Assembly (NCBI GenBank): GCA_965205505.1
Contig: CBDBHB010000009.1
Coordinates: 2,720,001 to 2,784,000, forward strand
DNA length: 64,000 bases
DNA from: Acidobacteriota bacterium
GTDB lineage: Bacteria > Acidobacteriota > UBA890 > WLXD01
Direction of reading: 5' to 3'
The notes below the pieces were generated by a model, which saw only the letters and a list, made by a program, of their open reading frames with translations, was not told where the DNA came from and did no database searches. The position numbers and the translations under genes were made by a program. Position 1 is the stretch's first letter, and every line of letters begins with the position of its first letter. Below are positions 10,801-19,859 of the stretch, one piece after another.

Positions 10801-11210
10801 CGAGCGGCGTCTGCGTGCTGGATGCGGCCGCTTCGTAGCAGCGCCACCATGTGCGCGTTGGGCGGCGGGACAGCGTAGTCGCTCAGGTCGCGTAGTGGCA
10901 CCCAGCGGATCTGCCGGTGCACGCGCGGCTGTGGCGTGTCGGTGATCTTGGCGTCGAAGAAACGCAACCAGACGTGCTTCTCGGGATAGGTGTGCCGCGC
11001 CTCGGCGAGCTGACGACCGATCTGCGATGCTACGCCGAGCTCTTCGCGAAGCTCGCGCAGCAATGCTGCCCCCGGAGTCTCGTTGGCCTCGATCTTGCCA
11101 CCTGGAAACTCCCAAAGGAGGGGCAGGTGATCGCCGTCGTGGCGCTGACACAGCAACACGCGATCCCTTTCCATGACCACCGCTGCTACGACCTCGATCA
11201 CGTCGCTCAT
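10749..11210 (-). CDS. MutT/NudG-family NUDIX hydrolase
   Basis: WEFPGGKIEANETPGAALLRELREELGV Nudix box. Confidence 0.9.
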   Translation of the reverse strand: MSDVIEVVAAVVMERDRVLLCQRHDGDHLPLLWEFPGGKIEANETPGAALLRELREELGVASQIGRQLAEARHTYPEKHVWLRFFDAKITDTPQPRVHRQIRWVPLRDLSDYAVPPPNAHMVALLRSGRIQHADAARMPIQTLRTGSHGEQDR

Positions 11211-11674
11211 TCGCCATCTCCGATGCTCGCTGGCTGGCGGTTGGTGAGGTCACTGCTGGCTGTTCGGCAACGCTTTCCAACCTGAGCGAGCTTGGCCGCG
11301 TGGGCTCGGGCCCCGTCGAGGTAGAGTGCCTGCGTGCCGCCGGCGGTGTCGTCGACGTGAATCTCCTCGAGGTTGTCCGCTAGCAGGTAGGCAGATCGCT
11401 CGGCATCGGCGGCAATGTCGTTGAGTCGCTTTGCCGTCCGTCCGAGTTGGCGGTGCTGGGTTTCCAGCAAACCCAGCGTCGCCGACCAGTGGCTCCTGAA
11501 GTAGAGCACTGCGGTGGCCCAGAAGATCAGCACTCCGAGTCCCAGGCGCGCCCAGGGAAGCGGCAGGACCCTCTCCAGGAGGTCGACCAGTAGCTGATCG
11601 ATTGCCAGGATCGGCACCGCCAAGGCAAGCACGGCCCCCACCATCAGCCAGCCGTAGCCCTGCAACTTGCTCAT
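11207..11674 (-). CDS. Hypothetical membrane protein (2 TM plus helical tail)
   Basis: Two hydrophobic helices; coupled to the NUDIX gene (ATGA overlap). Confidence 0.6.
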   Translation of the reverse strand: MSKLQGYGWLMVGAVLALAVPILAIDQLLVDLLERVLPLPWARLGLGVLIFWATAVLYFRSHWSATLGLLETQHRQLGRTAKRLNDIAADAERSAYLLADNLEEIHVDDTAGGTQALYLDGARAHAAKLAQVGKRCRTASSDLTNRQPASIGDGE

Positions 11675-11712
11675 CGATTTCTTCCCGGAGGGCGGATGCT
11701 ACCACGGCGTGA

Positions 11713-11742
11713 TTGACCAACCTCTTGACGCCGGGCTAGCCT
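11713..11742 (+). promoter_or_regulatory. Putative sigma-70 promoter of moaA
   Basis: TTGACC-18 nt-TAGCCT, ending 6 nt before GTG 11749. Confidence 0.4.
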
Positions 11743-11748
11743 GTAGAC

Positions 11749-12762
11749 GTGCTTGAACATACTCCCATCGAGTCTCCTATTAGCGACAGCTACGGACGCC
11801 CCGTCGGTGACCTTCGCCTGTCGGTAACCGACCGCTGCAACCTCCGGTGCGCCTACTGCATTCCAGAGGAGACACCTCAGTTCCAGCCGCGCGACGAGCT
11901 GCTGACGTTCGAGGAGATGGAGCGGCTGGTACGGCTGTTCTGTCGGTTGGGTGTGGCCAAGGTTCGACTTACGGGCGGCGAGCCGCTGTTGCGCCGCGAG
12001 CTGTACCGCCTCGTGGCGGCCCTCGACGGTCTTGATGGTGTCCGGGACCTCGCCCTGACAACCAATGGCATCTTCTTGCGAGAGCAACTCGACGGCCTGC
12101 TTGCTGCCGGGCTGCAGCGAGTGAACATCAGCCTCGACACCCTGCGCCGCGAGCGCTTCCGGCTGCTCACGCGCCGCGGCGGACTGTCGAAAGTACTCGA
12201 TGCCATCAACGCTGCCCGCGAAGCGGAGTTGTGGCCGGTAAAGGTCAATGTGGTTCCCATGCGCGGCTTCAACGATGATGAGTTCGTCGCCTTCGGAGCC
12301 CTGGCACGCGATTTGGGCGTGATCGTGCGGTTCATCGAGTTCATGCCGTTGGAGGCTGGCGACGTCTGGAGTAGGGAACTGATGGTTCCGGGTCGAGAGG
12401 TCCGCGCGGCGTTCGAGCGTCAGTGGGGCGGCCTCGTGCCGGTCGATCCCAACCACCCTTCGGAAACCGCCGAGCGCTTCCGTTTTGGTGACGGCGTTGG
12501 GGAGATCGGTATCATCTCGCCGGTCACGCGACCGTTTTGCGGCGCCTGCAATCGCGCCCGTTTGACGGCTGACGGGAAGCTACGTACCTGCTTGTTCTCG
12601 CTTACCGAGGTCGACCTGAAGGAGCCCATGCGTGCCGGTGTGCCGGATGATGTGCTGCTCGAGCTCATCATCGGGGCATGGCAGCGTAAGGAAAAGGGTC
12701 ACCTGATTAACAGCCCCGACTTCGTGCGGCCGGCACGGACGATGTCGGCGATCGGCGGCTGA
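11749..12762 (+). CDS. moaA: GTP 3',8-cyclase
   Basis: LRLSVTDRCNLRCAYC, LTGGEP, FCGACNRARLTADG and the C-terminal MSAIGG. Confidence 0.97.
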   Translation: MLEHTPIESPISDSYGRPVGDLRLSVTDRCNLRCAYCIPEETPQFQPRDELLTFEEMERLVRLFCRLGVAKVRLTGGEPLLRRELYRLVAALDGLDGVRDLALTTNGIFLREQLDGLLAAGLQRVNISLDTLRRERFRLLTRRGGLSKVLDAINAAREAELWPVKVNVVPMRGFNDDEFVAFGALARDLGVIVRFIEFMPLEAGDVWSRELMVPGREVRAAFERQWGGLVPVDPNHPSETAERFRFGDGVGEIGIISPVTRPFCGACNRARLTADGKLRTCLFSLTEVDLKEPMRAGVPDDVLLELIIGAWQRKEKGHLINSPDFVRPARTMSAIGG

Positions 12763-12774
12763 GGCAGCGGCATC

Positions 12775-13020
12775 TTGCGGGTGGAGGTACTGCTGTTCGC
12801 GCGCGCTCGTGAAATCTGCGGTGGCGACCACGTGCAGCTGCAGCTGTCCGATGGCGCCACTGTAGGTGATTGTTTCGCTGAGTTGGCCGCCGACGCACCA
12901 GCGTTCGAGTCGATGCACGAGCGCCTACTGGTGGCGGTGAACGAGTGCTACGCCGGGTGGGATACGCGACTGAGCGATGGAGACGTGGTGGCGATGATTC
13001 CGCCGGTCAGCGGCGGGTGA
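12775..13020 (+). CDS. moaD: Molybdopterin synthase sulfur carrier
   Basis: LFARARE...AVN...IPPVSGG. Confidence 0.93.
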   Translation: MRVEVLLFARAREICGGDHVQLQLSDGATVGDCFAELAADAPAFESMHERLLVAVNECYAGWDTRLSDGDVVAMIPPVSGG

Positions 13021-13028
13021 GCTGACCG

Positions 13029-13499
13029 GTGGACGACGAGCCGCAGGCGACCGGGGCCACGGGCGTGGTCGACGTGCGGGTCGGCACCGAGACCATCTCT
13101 GCTGCGGCCTTGGCACAACAGGTGGGCTCGCACAGCGCTGGAGCCATCGCGACGTTCGAGGGCGTGGTGCGAGACCACCACGAGGGCAAGGCGGTCAGTT
13201 TCCTCGAGTACGAAGCCTATGTGCCGATGTCGGAGGCGGTGCTTCTGAGCATCGCCGAGCGCGCTTGCAGTCGCTGGGAGATCGAGGCGGTGGCGGTGCA
13301 TCATCGTGTCGGGCGGCTGGAGATCGGGGAGGTCTCGGTAGCGATTGCGGTGTCGGCAGCACACCGCGCCGCCGCCTTCGAGGCATCGCGCTACGTCATC
13401 GATACGCTCAAGAAAGAGGCGCCGATTTGGAAGCGTGAGACCGGTCCCGACGGGGCGTTTTGGGTTGAGGGGCCGGAGCTCATCGAGGCGTCCGACTGA
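13029..13499 (+). CDS. moaE: Molybdopterin synthase catalytic subunit
   Basis: GAIATFEGVVR, LEYEAY, HRVGRL and APIWKRE. Confidence 0.95.
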   Translation: MDDEPQATGATGVVDVRVGTETISAAALAQQVGSHSAGAIATFEGVVRDHHEGKAVSFLEYEAYVPMSEAVLLSIAERACSRWEIEAVAVHHRVGRLEIGEVSVAIAVSAAHRAAAFEASRYVIDTLKKEAPIWKRETGPDGAFWVEGPELIEASD

Positions 13500-13535
13500 G
13501 CAAGCGCCGATCGAGCCCCGTGCTAAGATTTTGCG

Positions 13536-14300
13536 ATGTCAGCAGATCACGTCGCTCGTAAAGATCTCAAGAAGTCGGACGAGTTCCAGCGTGGAGCTAC
13601 GGCCGCAATCTCTTGGTTCATGCAGCGGCGGAAGAGCATCGGACTGGTTCTTCTTTTCGTCGTCGCTGGACTGTCGGTTCTGGCTGGCGTGCGCTCGTAT
13701 CGAATGCGGCAGGAGCAGAATGCCGCGGCGATGCTCGCGGTAGCGCTGCAGGCGTTCAATGCCCAGATCGCCGGTGCCCCGACGACCATACCCGCCAGCT
13801 CTCCGGCCGGGCCAGCGTACGAGTCGGAAGAGGCGAAGCTCGAGGCTGCGATCCCGCCCCTGCAGGCGGTAATCGATGCCTATGGCACGTACCCTTCGGG
13901 TCGTGCCGCGTCGTTCTACCTGGGAACCAGTCTGGCGCGTCTCGGTCGCCTGGAGGCGGCCGAAGCGAGTCTACGGGACGGGGCTCAGGCGGCCGCTCCG
14001 CTGCCGCGTGCCACGTCGCTCCTTCGGCTCGGCGGGCTGTTCGCGCAGCAGGAGCGCTACGCTGAAGCTATCGAAGTGTTCGATCAGACGATCAGCGATC
14101 CGCCGCATGGGTTCCCCGTCGAGGAGGCGCTTGTCGCCAAGGCACGCGCGCATGAGGCGGCCGGACAGACTCAGGAGGCGATGCTCGCGTATCAGCAGAT
14201 CGTCGACAATCACCCAGGCTCGGTATACGCGCAGTCCGCCAAGACGCGTGCCGACGAGCTAGCCGCTACGCTCGGCCTCGACCCGGACGCAGAGCCCTAG
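13536..14300 (+). CDS. Membrane-anchored TPR protein (YfgM-like)
   Basis: RKDLKKSDEF N-terminus, one TM helix, TPR-like helices. Confidence 0.8.
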   Translation: MSADHVARKDLKKSDEFQRGATAAISWFMQRRKSIGLVLLFVVAGLSVLAGVRSYRMRQEQNAAAMLAVALQAFNAQIAGAPTTIPASSPAGPAYESEEAKLEAAIPPLQAVIDAYGTYPSGRAASFYLGTSLARLGRLEAAEASLRDGAQAAAPLPRATSLLRLGGLFAQQERYAEAIEVFDQTISDPPHGFPVEEALVAKARAHEAAGQTQEAMLAYQQIVDNHPGSVYAQSAKTRADELAATLGLDPDAEP

Positions 14301-14357
14301 CAGGCCGTGGTGCATCAGACCCCGACTCGCCGCAACCAAGCCCGCCAGCCTTCCTAG
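14297..14357. repeat. Short remnant of the CTAG element family
   Basis: CTAGCAGGCCGTGGTG (16 nt identical to the E1 end) starts in the TAG stop of the TPR gene; a second CTAG lies at 14354. Confidence 0.6.
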
Positions 14358-14369
14358 TGCAGCATCTTA

Positions 14370-15557
14370 TTGGTTGCTAGCCAGCGGATTTTCGAGCCAT
14401 TCGTGGTCGTTGTCTGCGATAGCGTCGGCTGCGGCCTGGCGCCCGATGCTGCCGAGTTCGGTGACGAGGGTGCGAACACCCTCGCCCACGTCATCGAGTC
14501 GGCGACGCCGTCGTTGCCGAACCTCGCTGCTCTCGGCCTCGATCGGATTCCCGGAGTCCCTCCGTTGACCACGCCAGGTGGCGCCCCACAGGCGGCTCAC
14601 GGTCGGTTGATCGAACATGGCCCCGCCAAGGACACCATGATGGGGCACTGGGAGCTCATGGGGGTAGTGGCAGAGCAGGAAGGTCCGCTCTACCCCGAGG
14701 GCTTCCCGGAGGAGGTTATCGAGGCCTTCCGCACTGCGACTGGCTACGAGGTGTTGGGCAACTACGCAGCCTCGGGCACGGCCGTGATCGACGAGCTCGG
14801 GGCCGAGCACATGCGCTCTGGCTGGCCGATTCTCTATACCTCGGGCGACAGCGTGTTTCAGCTCGCCGCGCATGAGCGTGTGCTTGCCGTCAGCGTGCTC
14901 TACGAGCTCTGCGTGAAGGCTCGTCGGTTGCTACGCGGCGAGCACGGGGTTGGTCGGGTAATTGCCCGTCCGTTCGCCGGGGCCGGCCCCGGAAACTTTG
15001 TCCGCCTGTCGTCGCAACGCGTCGACTACCCGCTACCCCCGCCTCGGCCGACCGCGTTGGAGCATCTCCTCGCGGCTGGTGTGCGCACACGCGGCATCGG
15101 CAAGATCAACGACATCTTCGGCGGCCGCGGTATCAGGGCCTACGAGAAGATCGCTGACAACGCCCACGGGATCGAGCTGATCCGCCGTTCTCTGATCGAC
15201 CAGAATGAGCCGTTCGTGATGGCCAACCTCGTCGACTTCGACTCCTTGTACGGCCATCGCAACGACGCCATCGGATACGCAGCCGCGTTGGAGGAATTGG
15301 ATCAGGCCGTGCCGATCTGGCTGGAAGCGCTGCCCGATGCGGGCATGCTCGTGCTGACCGCCGACCACGGTAACGACCCGACCTGGCCGGGTACCGACCA
15401 CACGCGAGAGTGCGTGCCGTTGCTGGCCGTCGGGCATCACGTTCCGCCGGTATCACTCGGGGTGCGCGCGTTCGCCGATCTCGGGGCGACGATTCTCGCC
15501 AACTTCGGAGTCGACGCGCCTACCGACGGCGAGTCGTTTCTCGACGCGCTGAACTGA
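14370..15557 (+). CDS. deoB: Phosphopentomutase
   Basis: DSVGCG...PDAAEFGDEGANT, KDTMMGHWE, YTSGDSVFQ, YGHRND, TADHGNDP and DHTRE. Confidence 0.95.
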   Translation: MVASQRIFEPFVVVVCDSVGCGLAPDAAEFGDEGANTLAHVIESATPSLPNLAALGLDRIPGVPPLTTPGGAPQAAHGRLIEHGPAKDTMMGHWELMGVVAEQEGPLYPEGFPEEVIEAFRTATGYEVLGNYAASGTAVIDELGAEHMRSGWPILYTSGDSVFQLAAHERVLAVSVLYELCVKARRLLRGEHGVGRVIARPFAGAGPGNFVRLSSQRVDYPLPPPRPTALEHLLAAGVRTRGIGKINDIFGGRGIRAYEKIADNAHGIELIRRSLIDQNEPFVMANLVDFDSLYGHRNDAIGYAAALEELDQAVPIWLEALPDAGMLVLTADHGNDPTWPGTDHTRECVPLLAVGHHVPPVSLGVRAFADLGATILANFGVDAPTDGESFLDALN

Positions 15558-15576
15558 TCGGGGGACCCCCGATCAG
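15554..15576. terminator. Perfect palindrome between the convergent deoB and ccmD genes
   Basis: CTGATCGGGGG-A-CCCCCGATCAG; no U-tract. Confidence 0.5.
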
Positions 15577-15580
15577 CCTG

Positions 15581-15724
15581 CTACGCGTCCGGGTTCATGC
15601 GGTCCTCGACACTACCTAGCCGTTGCTGCAGGTCTTTGGTGCGCCTCGCCAGGTACCAGAGGTACCCGAAGGTGATTGCCCATGCGGCGGCGAATCCCGC
15701 AAACAAGAACCCCAGGTCGCTCAT
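15581..15724 (-). CDS. ccmD: CcmD-like heme exporter protein
   Basis: 47 aa, MSDLGFLFAGFAAAWAITFGYLWYLARRTKDLQQRL, directly after ccmC (below the ORF-track length cutoff). Confidence 0.8.
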   Translation of the reverse strand: MSDLGFLFAGFAAAWAITFGYLWYLARRTKDLQQRLGSVEDRMNPDA

Positions 15725-15764
15725 CGCTGTCGTCCTTCTCTGTACTGCATGCTGCCCAACGTGC

Positions 15765-16490
15765 CTAACCTTCGGAACGAAGAAGTTCCCCGGCCACCTC
15801 GAGACGCCGTTCCATGCGTTCCAAACGCAGGCGCAGCCGCAGCAAGACGGCGAACAGCATGAGTGCTGCCACGGTACCCAGCGCCAACGTGAGGAACATC
15901 GACGTTTCCATGCCCCCGCCCATGGAGCCCTGTGTCATGACCTTGGGCTCCGGGTGGAGCGTGCGCCACCACTGCACCGAATAGTGGATGATGGGGAGGT
16001 CGGCGAAGCCGATGATGCCCACCACGGCACAGTAGCGGGCTACTTGCTCGCCGCCCCCACCGTAGGCGCGCAACATCAGGTACGCGCAGAAGATCAGCCA
16101 AAGCAGCAACGTCGTGGTAAGGCGTGCGTCCCAAACCCAGTAAGTCCCCCACGCCTTCTTGGCCCAGATGGGGCCGGTTATCAGCACGGTTGTGGCGAAC
16201 ACGGTACCGACCTCGGCTGACGCCGCCGCCAGCTCGTCCCAGCGGCTATCGCGTCGCGTCAGGTACATGACGCTGGCGAGGAACACGAGGCTGTAGGCGA
16301 CATACATCGTCATGGCCGCGGGCACGTGCATATACAGGATGCGCTGCACGATGCCCTCGATGCGCTCGGTCGGCGCATACAGGAAAGCAGCCCAGAGAGC
16401 CACGAGCGCGGCAAGAAAACCGATCGGTACGAGCGTGTTGAGGGAGTCAGTGCCACCGCTCGAGGGGGTGTCGGATTGGTCGGCACTCAC
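15765..16490 (-). CDS. ccmC: Heme exporter protein C
   Basis: ILYMHVP, WAKKAWGTYWVWDARLT and WWRTLHP. Confidence 0.95.
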   Translation of the reverse strand: MSADQSDTPSSGGTDSLNTLVPIGFLAALVALWAAFLYAPTERIEGIVQRILYMHVPAAMTMYVAYSLVFLASVMYLTRRDSRWDELAAASAEVGTVFATTVLITGPIWAKKAWGTYWVWDARLTTTLLLWLIFCAYLMLRAYGGGGEQVARYCAVVGIIGFADLPIIHYSVQWWRTLHPEPKVMTQGSMGGGMETSMFLTLALGTVAALMLFAVLLRLRLRLERMERRLEVAGELLRSEG

Positions 16491-16494
16491 GTGC

Positions 16495-17172
16495 TCACTC
16501 CTCGAGTAGGGCCGGGAAGGTCAGGTATCCAAGTGCCAGAAACAGCGCGTCGAAGGCAATCAGCAATCTCAGCCAGTGTAGCTCCTCTGCGAGACCTCGG
16601 CCGGCCAGGATGGAGCCGGTTGTCTCGACGCAGGCGATCAGCAGCGGCACGGCGAAGGGTATCAAAAGCAGGGGCAGCATCACCTCGCGCGTTCGTGTTC
16701 GAACCGACATGGTTGCGAGCGTTGTTCCCAAGGCCACCAGACCCATTGTGCCGAGTGCCACGACAAGCGCGAGCGCCCCGACCAGACCGTAGACGGGCAC
16801 GTTGAAGAAGACCACGAACAGCGCAAGGGTCACGATCTCGGTGGCCGAGAGCAGCAGGAACAGGCTCAAGCACTTGGCGATATATAGGCTCGTGCGCTGC
16901 ATGGGGCAGAGCATCAACCCCTCGAGCCTGGCGTCCTCTCGTTCGTCGAGCATCAAGCGGTTCATTGCCAGGATCGACCCGAAGAGGAACGCTATCCAGA
17001 GAATTCCGGCGCCAACCACGCTGAGATCGCGGGTACCGGGATCGAACGCGAAGTTGAAGACCAGCAGCACCAGCAGAGAAAAGAAGACGGTCGAGATCAG
17101 GGCCTCTTTGGTGCGCAGTTCGCCGCGCAGGTCCTTAACGACGATCAGCGCGATGTGGCGTGCTGCGTTCAT
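16495..17172 (-). CDS. ccmB: Heme exporter protein B
   Basis: KDLRGELRTKE, GILWIAF and REVMLPLLLIP; start ATG 17172 overlaps the ccmA stop. Confidence 0.92.
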   Translation of the reverse strand: MNAARHIALIVVKDLRGELRTKEALISTVFFSLLVLLVFNFAFDPGTRDLSVVGAGILWIAFLFGSILAMNRLMLDEREDARLEGLMLCPMQRTSLYIAKCLSLFLLLSATEIVTLALFVVFFNVPVYGLVGALALVVALGTMGLVALGTTLATMSVRTRTREVMLPLLLIPFAVPLLIACVETTGSILAGRGLAEELHWLRLLIAFDALFLALGYLTFPALLEE

Positions 17173-17879
17173 CGGCCACCCTCTGCGACCAGACCATAGT
17201 AGGTGGCTTCGAACTCGTCGGCGGCGCCCGCCGGCTGGATATGAGCTAGCTTGCCTCGCCGAAGCACCGCCACGCGGTCGGCCAGCTCGATGCCGCGGCG
17301 AAGGTCGTGGCTGGTCATGATGACGGTGCCGCCGGCGGCGTGGGCGGCGCGCAAGAGGTCTACCAAGCGCTCGGCGGCCATGGGGTCGAGCCCGGAGAAC
17401 GGCTCGTCGAAGAGCAGCACCTCGGGCTCGTGCACCAACGCGCGTGCGATGGAGCATCGCTGTACAAGCCCACGCGAGAAGGTCCGCACCTGATCATCGA
17501 GACGATTGCTGAGCTGCATCATGTTGGCAACGGCGCGTACGCGTGCTTCAGGATGCTCGACACCGAACATTCGGGCGTAGAAAAGAAGATTCTCGCGCGC
17601 CGTGAGCTGTCCGTAGAGGAACGATTGGTGCGACACGACGCCGATCCGTGCACGGATCCTGGCGTCGGCGCGCAACAGCCCGGTTCCGAGGATCTCGACG
17701 GTACCGGTGGTGGGACGGGCCAGCGTCGATAAGCAACGAATCAGGGTTGTCTTGCCGGCACCGTTGGGTCCGAAGATGGTAAGGAACTCGCCCCGCGGCA
17801 CCTCGAGCTCGACGCCGGCCAAGCCCACGTGCCGCCCGAATCGCTTCCCGAGCCCACGGGCAACGATGGTGGCTTGCAC
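17169..17879 (-). CDS. ccmA: Heme ABC exporter ATP-binding protein
   Basis: GPNGAGKTT, FSRG and LLFDEPFSGLD; located in the ccm cluster. Confidence 0.9.
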   Translation of the reverse strand: MQATIVARGLGKRFGRHVGLAGVELEVPRGEFLTIFGPNGAGKTTLIRCLSTLARPTTGTVEILGTGLLRADARIRARIGVVSHQSFLYGQLTARENLLFYARMFGVEHPEARVRAVANMMQLSNRLDDQVRTFSRGLVQRCSIARALVHEPEVLLFDEPFSGLDPMAAERLVDLLRAAHAAGGTVIMTSHDLRRGIELADRVAVLRRGKLAHIQPAGAADEFEATYYGLVAEGGR

Positions 17880-18157
17880 TAGTGCTCCTGATCATAAGTA
17901 CGGTGACGTTTGCAGGAGCGAGATGCGGGCGAGATCAAGGAAGGGTGAGGAAGGCGATGTCTTAGCCATCCTCGACGAGCCCTGACGCCGAGATCGCCCG
18001 CATCTCGCTCCTGCCCTCCGGGTGGCCGCGGGGCCGGCCACCTTGGGCGTCGCGGCGCCTCGACGATACACCCAGCATCGCCCTCGTCGCCGCTCCTACA
18101 ATTCGCCCCGGTCGCGCGCGCCACAAACGTCACCGTACTTATGATCAGGAGCACTAG
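17879..18157. mobile_element. MITE-like structured element E3 (279 bp, perfect 34-bp TIR of unrelated sequence)
   Basis: CTAGTGCTCCTGATCATAAGTACGGTGACGTTTG and its exact reverse complement at 18124-18157; same internal two-module layout as E1. Confidence 0.85.
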
Positions 18158-18165
18158 TAGTGTCA

Positions 18166-19341
18166 CTAGCTAGTCGCGCGCGTTGCTCGCGCCAATTTGG
18201 TTTGCTGCTCCAGTAGCTGTAGACGCTCCAGCTCCAGGCCGCGCTCTCGAAAGTATTGGTGGTCGGCGATCTCGCCGCGCTCATGCCCTAGGTCGAGGCG
18301 CGCTATCCGGTCGATCAGACGGGCGTGGAGTTGGCGAGCATGTTGCACCGACCCTCCACCGTGTAACGACGCCAACACGGCCGTCACCATGGCGATAGCA
18401 AGGCCGATTAGCGCCCAGTGCGTTGACAGCAGCCGGACACCACGAGCGCTGAGCTCGAACGACAACTCGGTCCCAGGCGCGAGCGCCTGTGCCGTCCACA
18501 GCTCGTACAGCTGGCCGCCGATATCCTGCGGCTCGTCTTGCTGCAGCGTCGAGGTCGTGAGCTCGAGGCCCGTCGTCGCGTCACCGCCCAGCATCACACT
18601 GGCCGTGCTCACCGGGTAGGGCAGGTCGAGCCTGAACGGCAAGCGGCTGTCATCGGCGGTCAACGTGTAGGTCACCGCCACCTGGCGTCCGGCGGGAGGT
18701 ACCGGTCGCGCATCCAATACTCGACCGGGCTCGATCTGGGTGTCGGCTCGCGACAGGGCATCTTCCGGCGTTGGAAACGGTGCAGGGCTGACTTCAGACG
18801 CTTGATCGGGGAGTGGAATAACCAATCCGGCCGGTCGTCCATCGTCGAGCTGCGGGCCACCGGCGTAGGCTGCTTGGCCGGCGTTGCTGACGGTCATGAA
18901 CTGCAGGACGCGGTAGATGTTGGGGTCATCGGCCTGGACAATCACGTGCAGCGTGTCGATGTGGAGCGGGTTTCCGACAGCGGTGACCGGGAATACCGGT
19001 AGGTCGATCTGGAGAACCGTCCCGATGCTCACAGTGGCCGTCGCTGATCGATAGGTGGCACCGTCGTACTCGGCGCTGACGGTGGCGTGCATGCCTGGTG
19101 CGGCCGGTACCGAATCCCACCGGACGGTGCCAGTGTCGTCTGCATCGGCCCGCGCCGAAAACACGACCGCGGTGCCGTCGTGTACTTCAAGCCGCATGAG
19201 CGGCGATGCCGGCGAGCCGTCCGGGAGCGTCGCGCGAGCCTCTACCGAGGTGGTCTCGTCCTGGGTCGGTGCCGCCGTGACCATGCCACCGGCGATCAGG
19301 GCGACGATCGCGCTGCAGGCCGCACCTCCCTTCCAGCGCAT
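18166..19341 (-). CDS. Exported, C-terminally membrane-anchored protein in the ccm cluster
   Basis: Signal peptide MRWKGGAACSAIVALIAGG, beta-rich body, C-terminal TM followed by IARLDLGHERGEI...YFRER. Confidence 0.75.
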   Translation of the reverse strand: MRWKGGAACSAIVALIAGGMVTAAPTQDETTSVEARATLPDGSPASPLMRLEVHDGTAVVFSARADADDTGTVRWDSVPAAPGMHATVSAEYDGATYRSATATVSIGTVLQIDLPVFPVTAVGNPLHIDTLHVIVQADDPNIYRVLQFMTVSNAGQAAYAGGPQLDDGRPAGLVIPLPDQASEVSPAPFPTPEDALSRADTQIEPGRVLDARPVPPAGRQVAVTYTLTADDSRLPFRLDLPYPVSTASVMLGGDATTGLELTTSTLQQDEPQDIGGQLYELWTAQALAPGTELSFELSARGVRLLSTHWALIGLAIAMVTAVLASLHGGGSVQHARQLHARLIDRIARLDLGHERGEIADHQYFRERGLELERLQLLEQQTKLARATRATS

Positions 19342-19343
19342 CG

Positions 19344-19859
19344 TCAGGTGGCTTTGAGCCCGGCGCCGCAGGCGGCACAGAAGCGATCTCCGGGGTCGGT
19401 GACGTGGCCGCAGGAAGTGCAAAACCTGGCCGTCGCCCCGGGCGCGTCGCCAGCGGCCGCCATGCCCGCAGCGGTGGCACGATCGGTCGTTGCCTCCGAT
19501 GCGTTTTGCTCCTCCTGCAATACGCGGTGCCGAGCCGAGGAGATGCTCTTCTCGAGCGACTTCGTGGCTTGCGGCGCCTGGTTGCGCAATGCTTCGATCT
19601 GCGCCACTACCTCGATCGCCTGGCTCTTCAGCAACTCGACCTCGAGCCGGTAGTCCTCTTCGCCGACCTTGTCGGTGCGGAAGTCGAAGCTCGCCTCGCG
19701 AATCGCTCCGTAGAGAACCAGCTTGCGCTCCTCGAGGGCGGCGAGCTTTGACCACGGTCCGGCGCCTTCATCGAGGGCCAGCAACGGTGGCCGCACTAAC
19801 GGATACAGCAGCCCGAGGGCTGCCAGCACCGCCACCGCCACGGGAATGACGATGTCCAT
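19344..19859 (-). CDS. CcmI-N-like protein with a C-terminal zinc ribbon
   Basis: TM helix, YGAIREASFDFRTDKV..EDY and FCTSCG...FCAACG. Confidence 0.75.
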   Translation of the reverse strand: MDIVIPVAVAVLAALGLLYPLVRPPLLALDEGAGPWSKLAALEERKLVLYGAIREASFDFRTDKVGEEDYRLEVELLKSQAIEVVAQIEALRNQAPQATKSLEKSISSARHRVLQEEQNASEATTDRATAAGMAAAGDAPGATARFCTSCGHVTDPGDRFCAACGAGLKAT

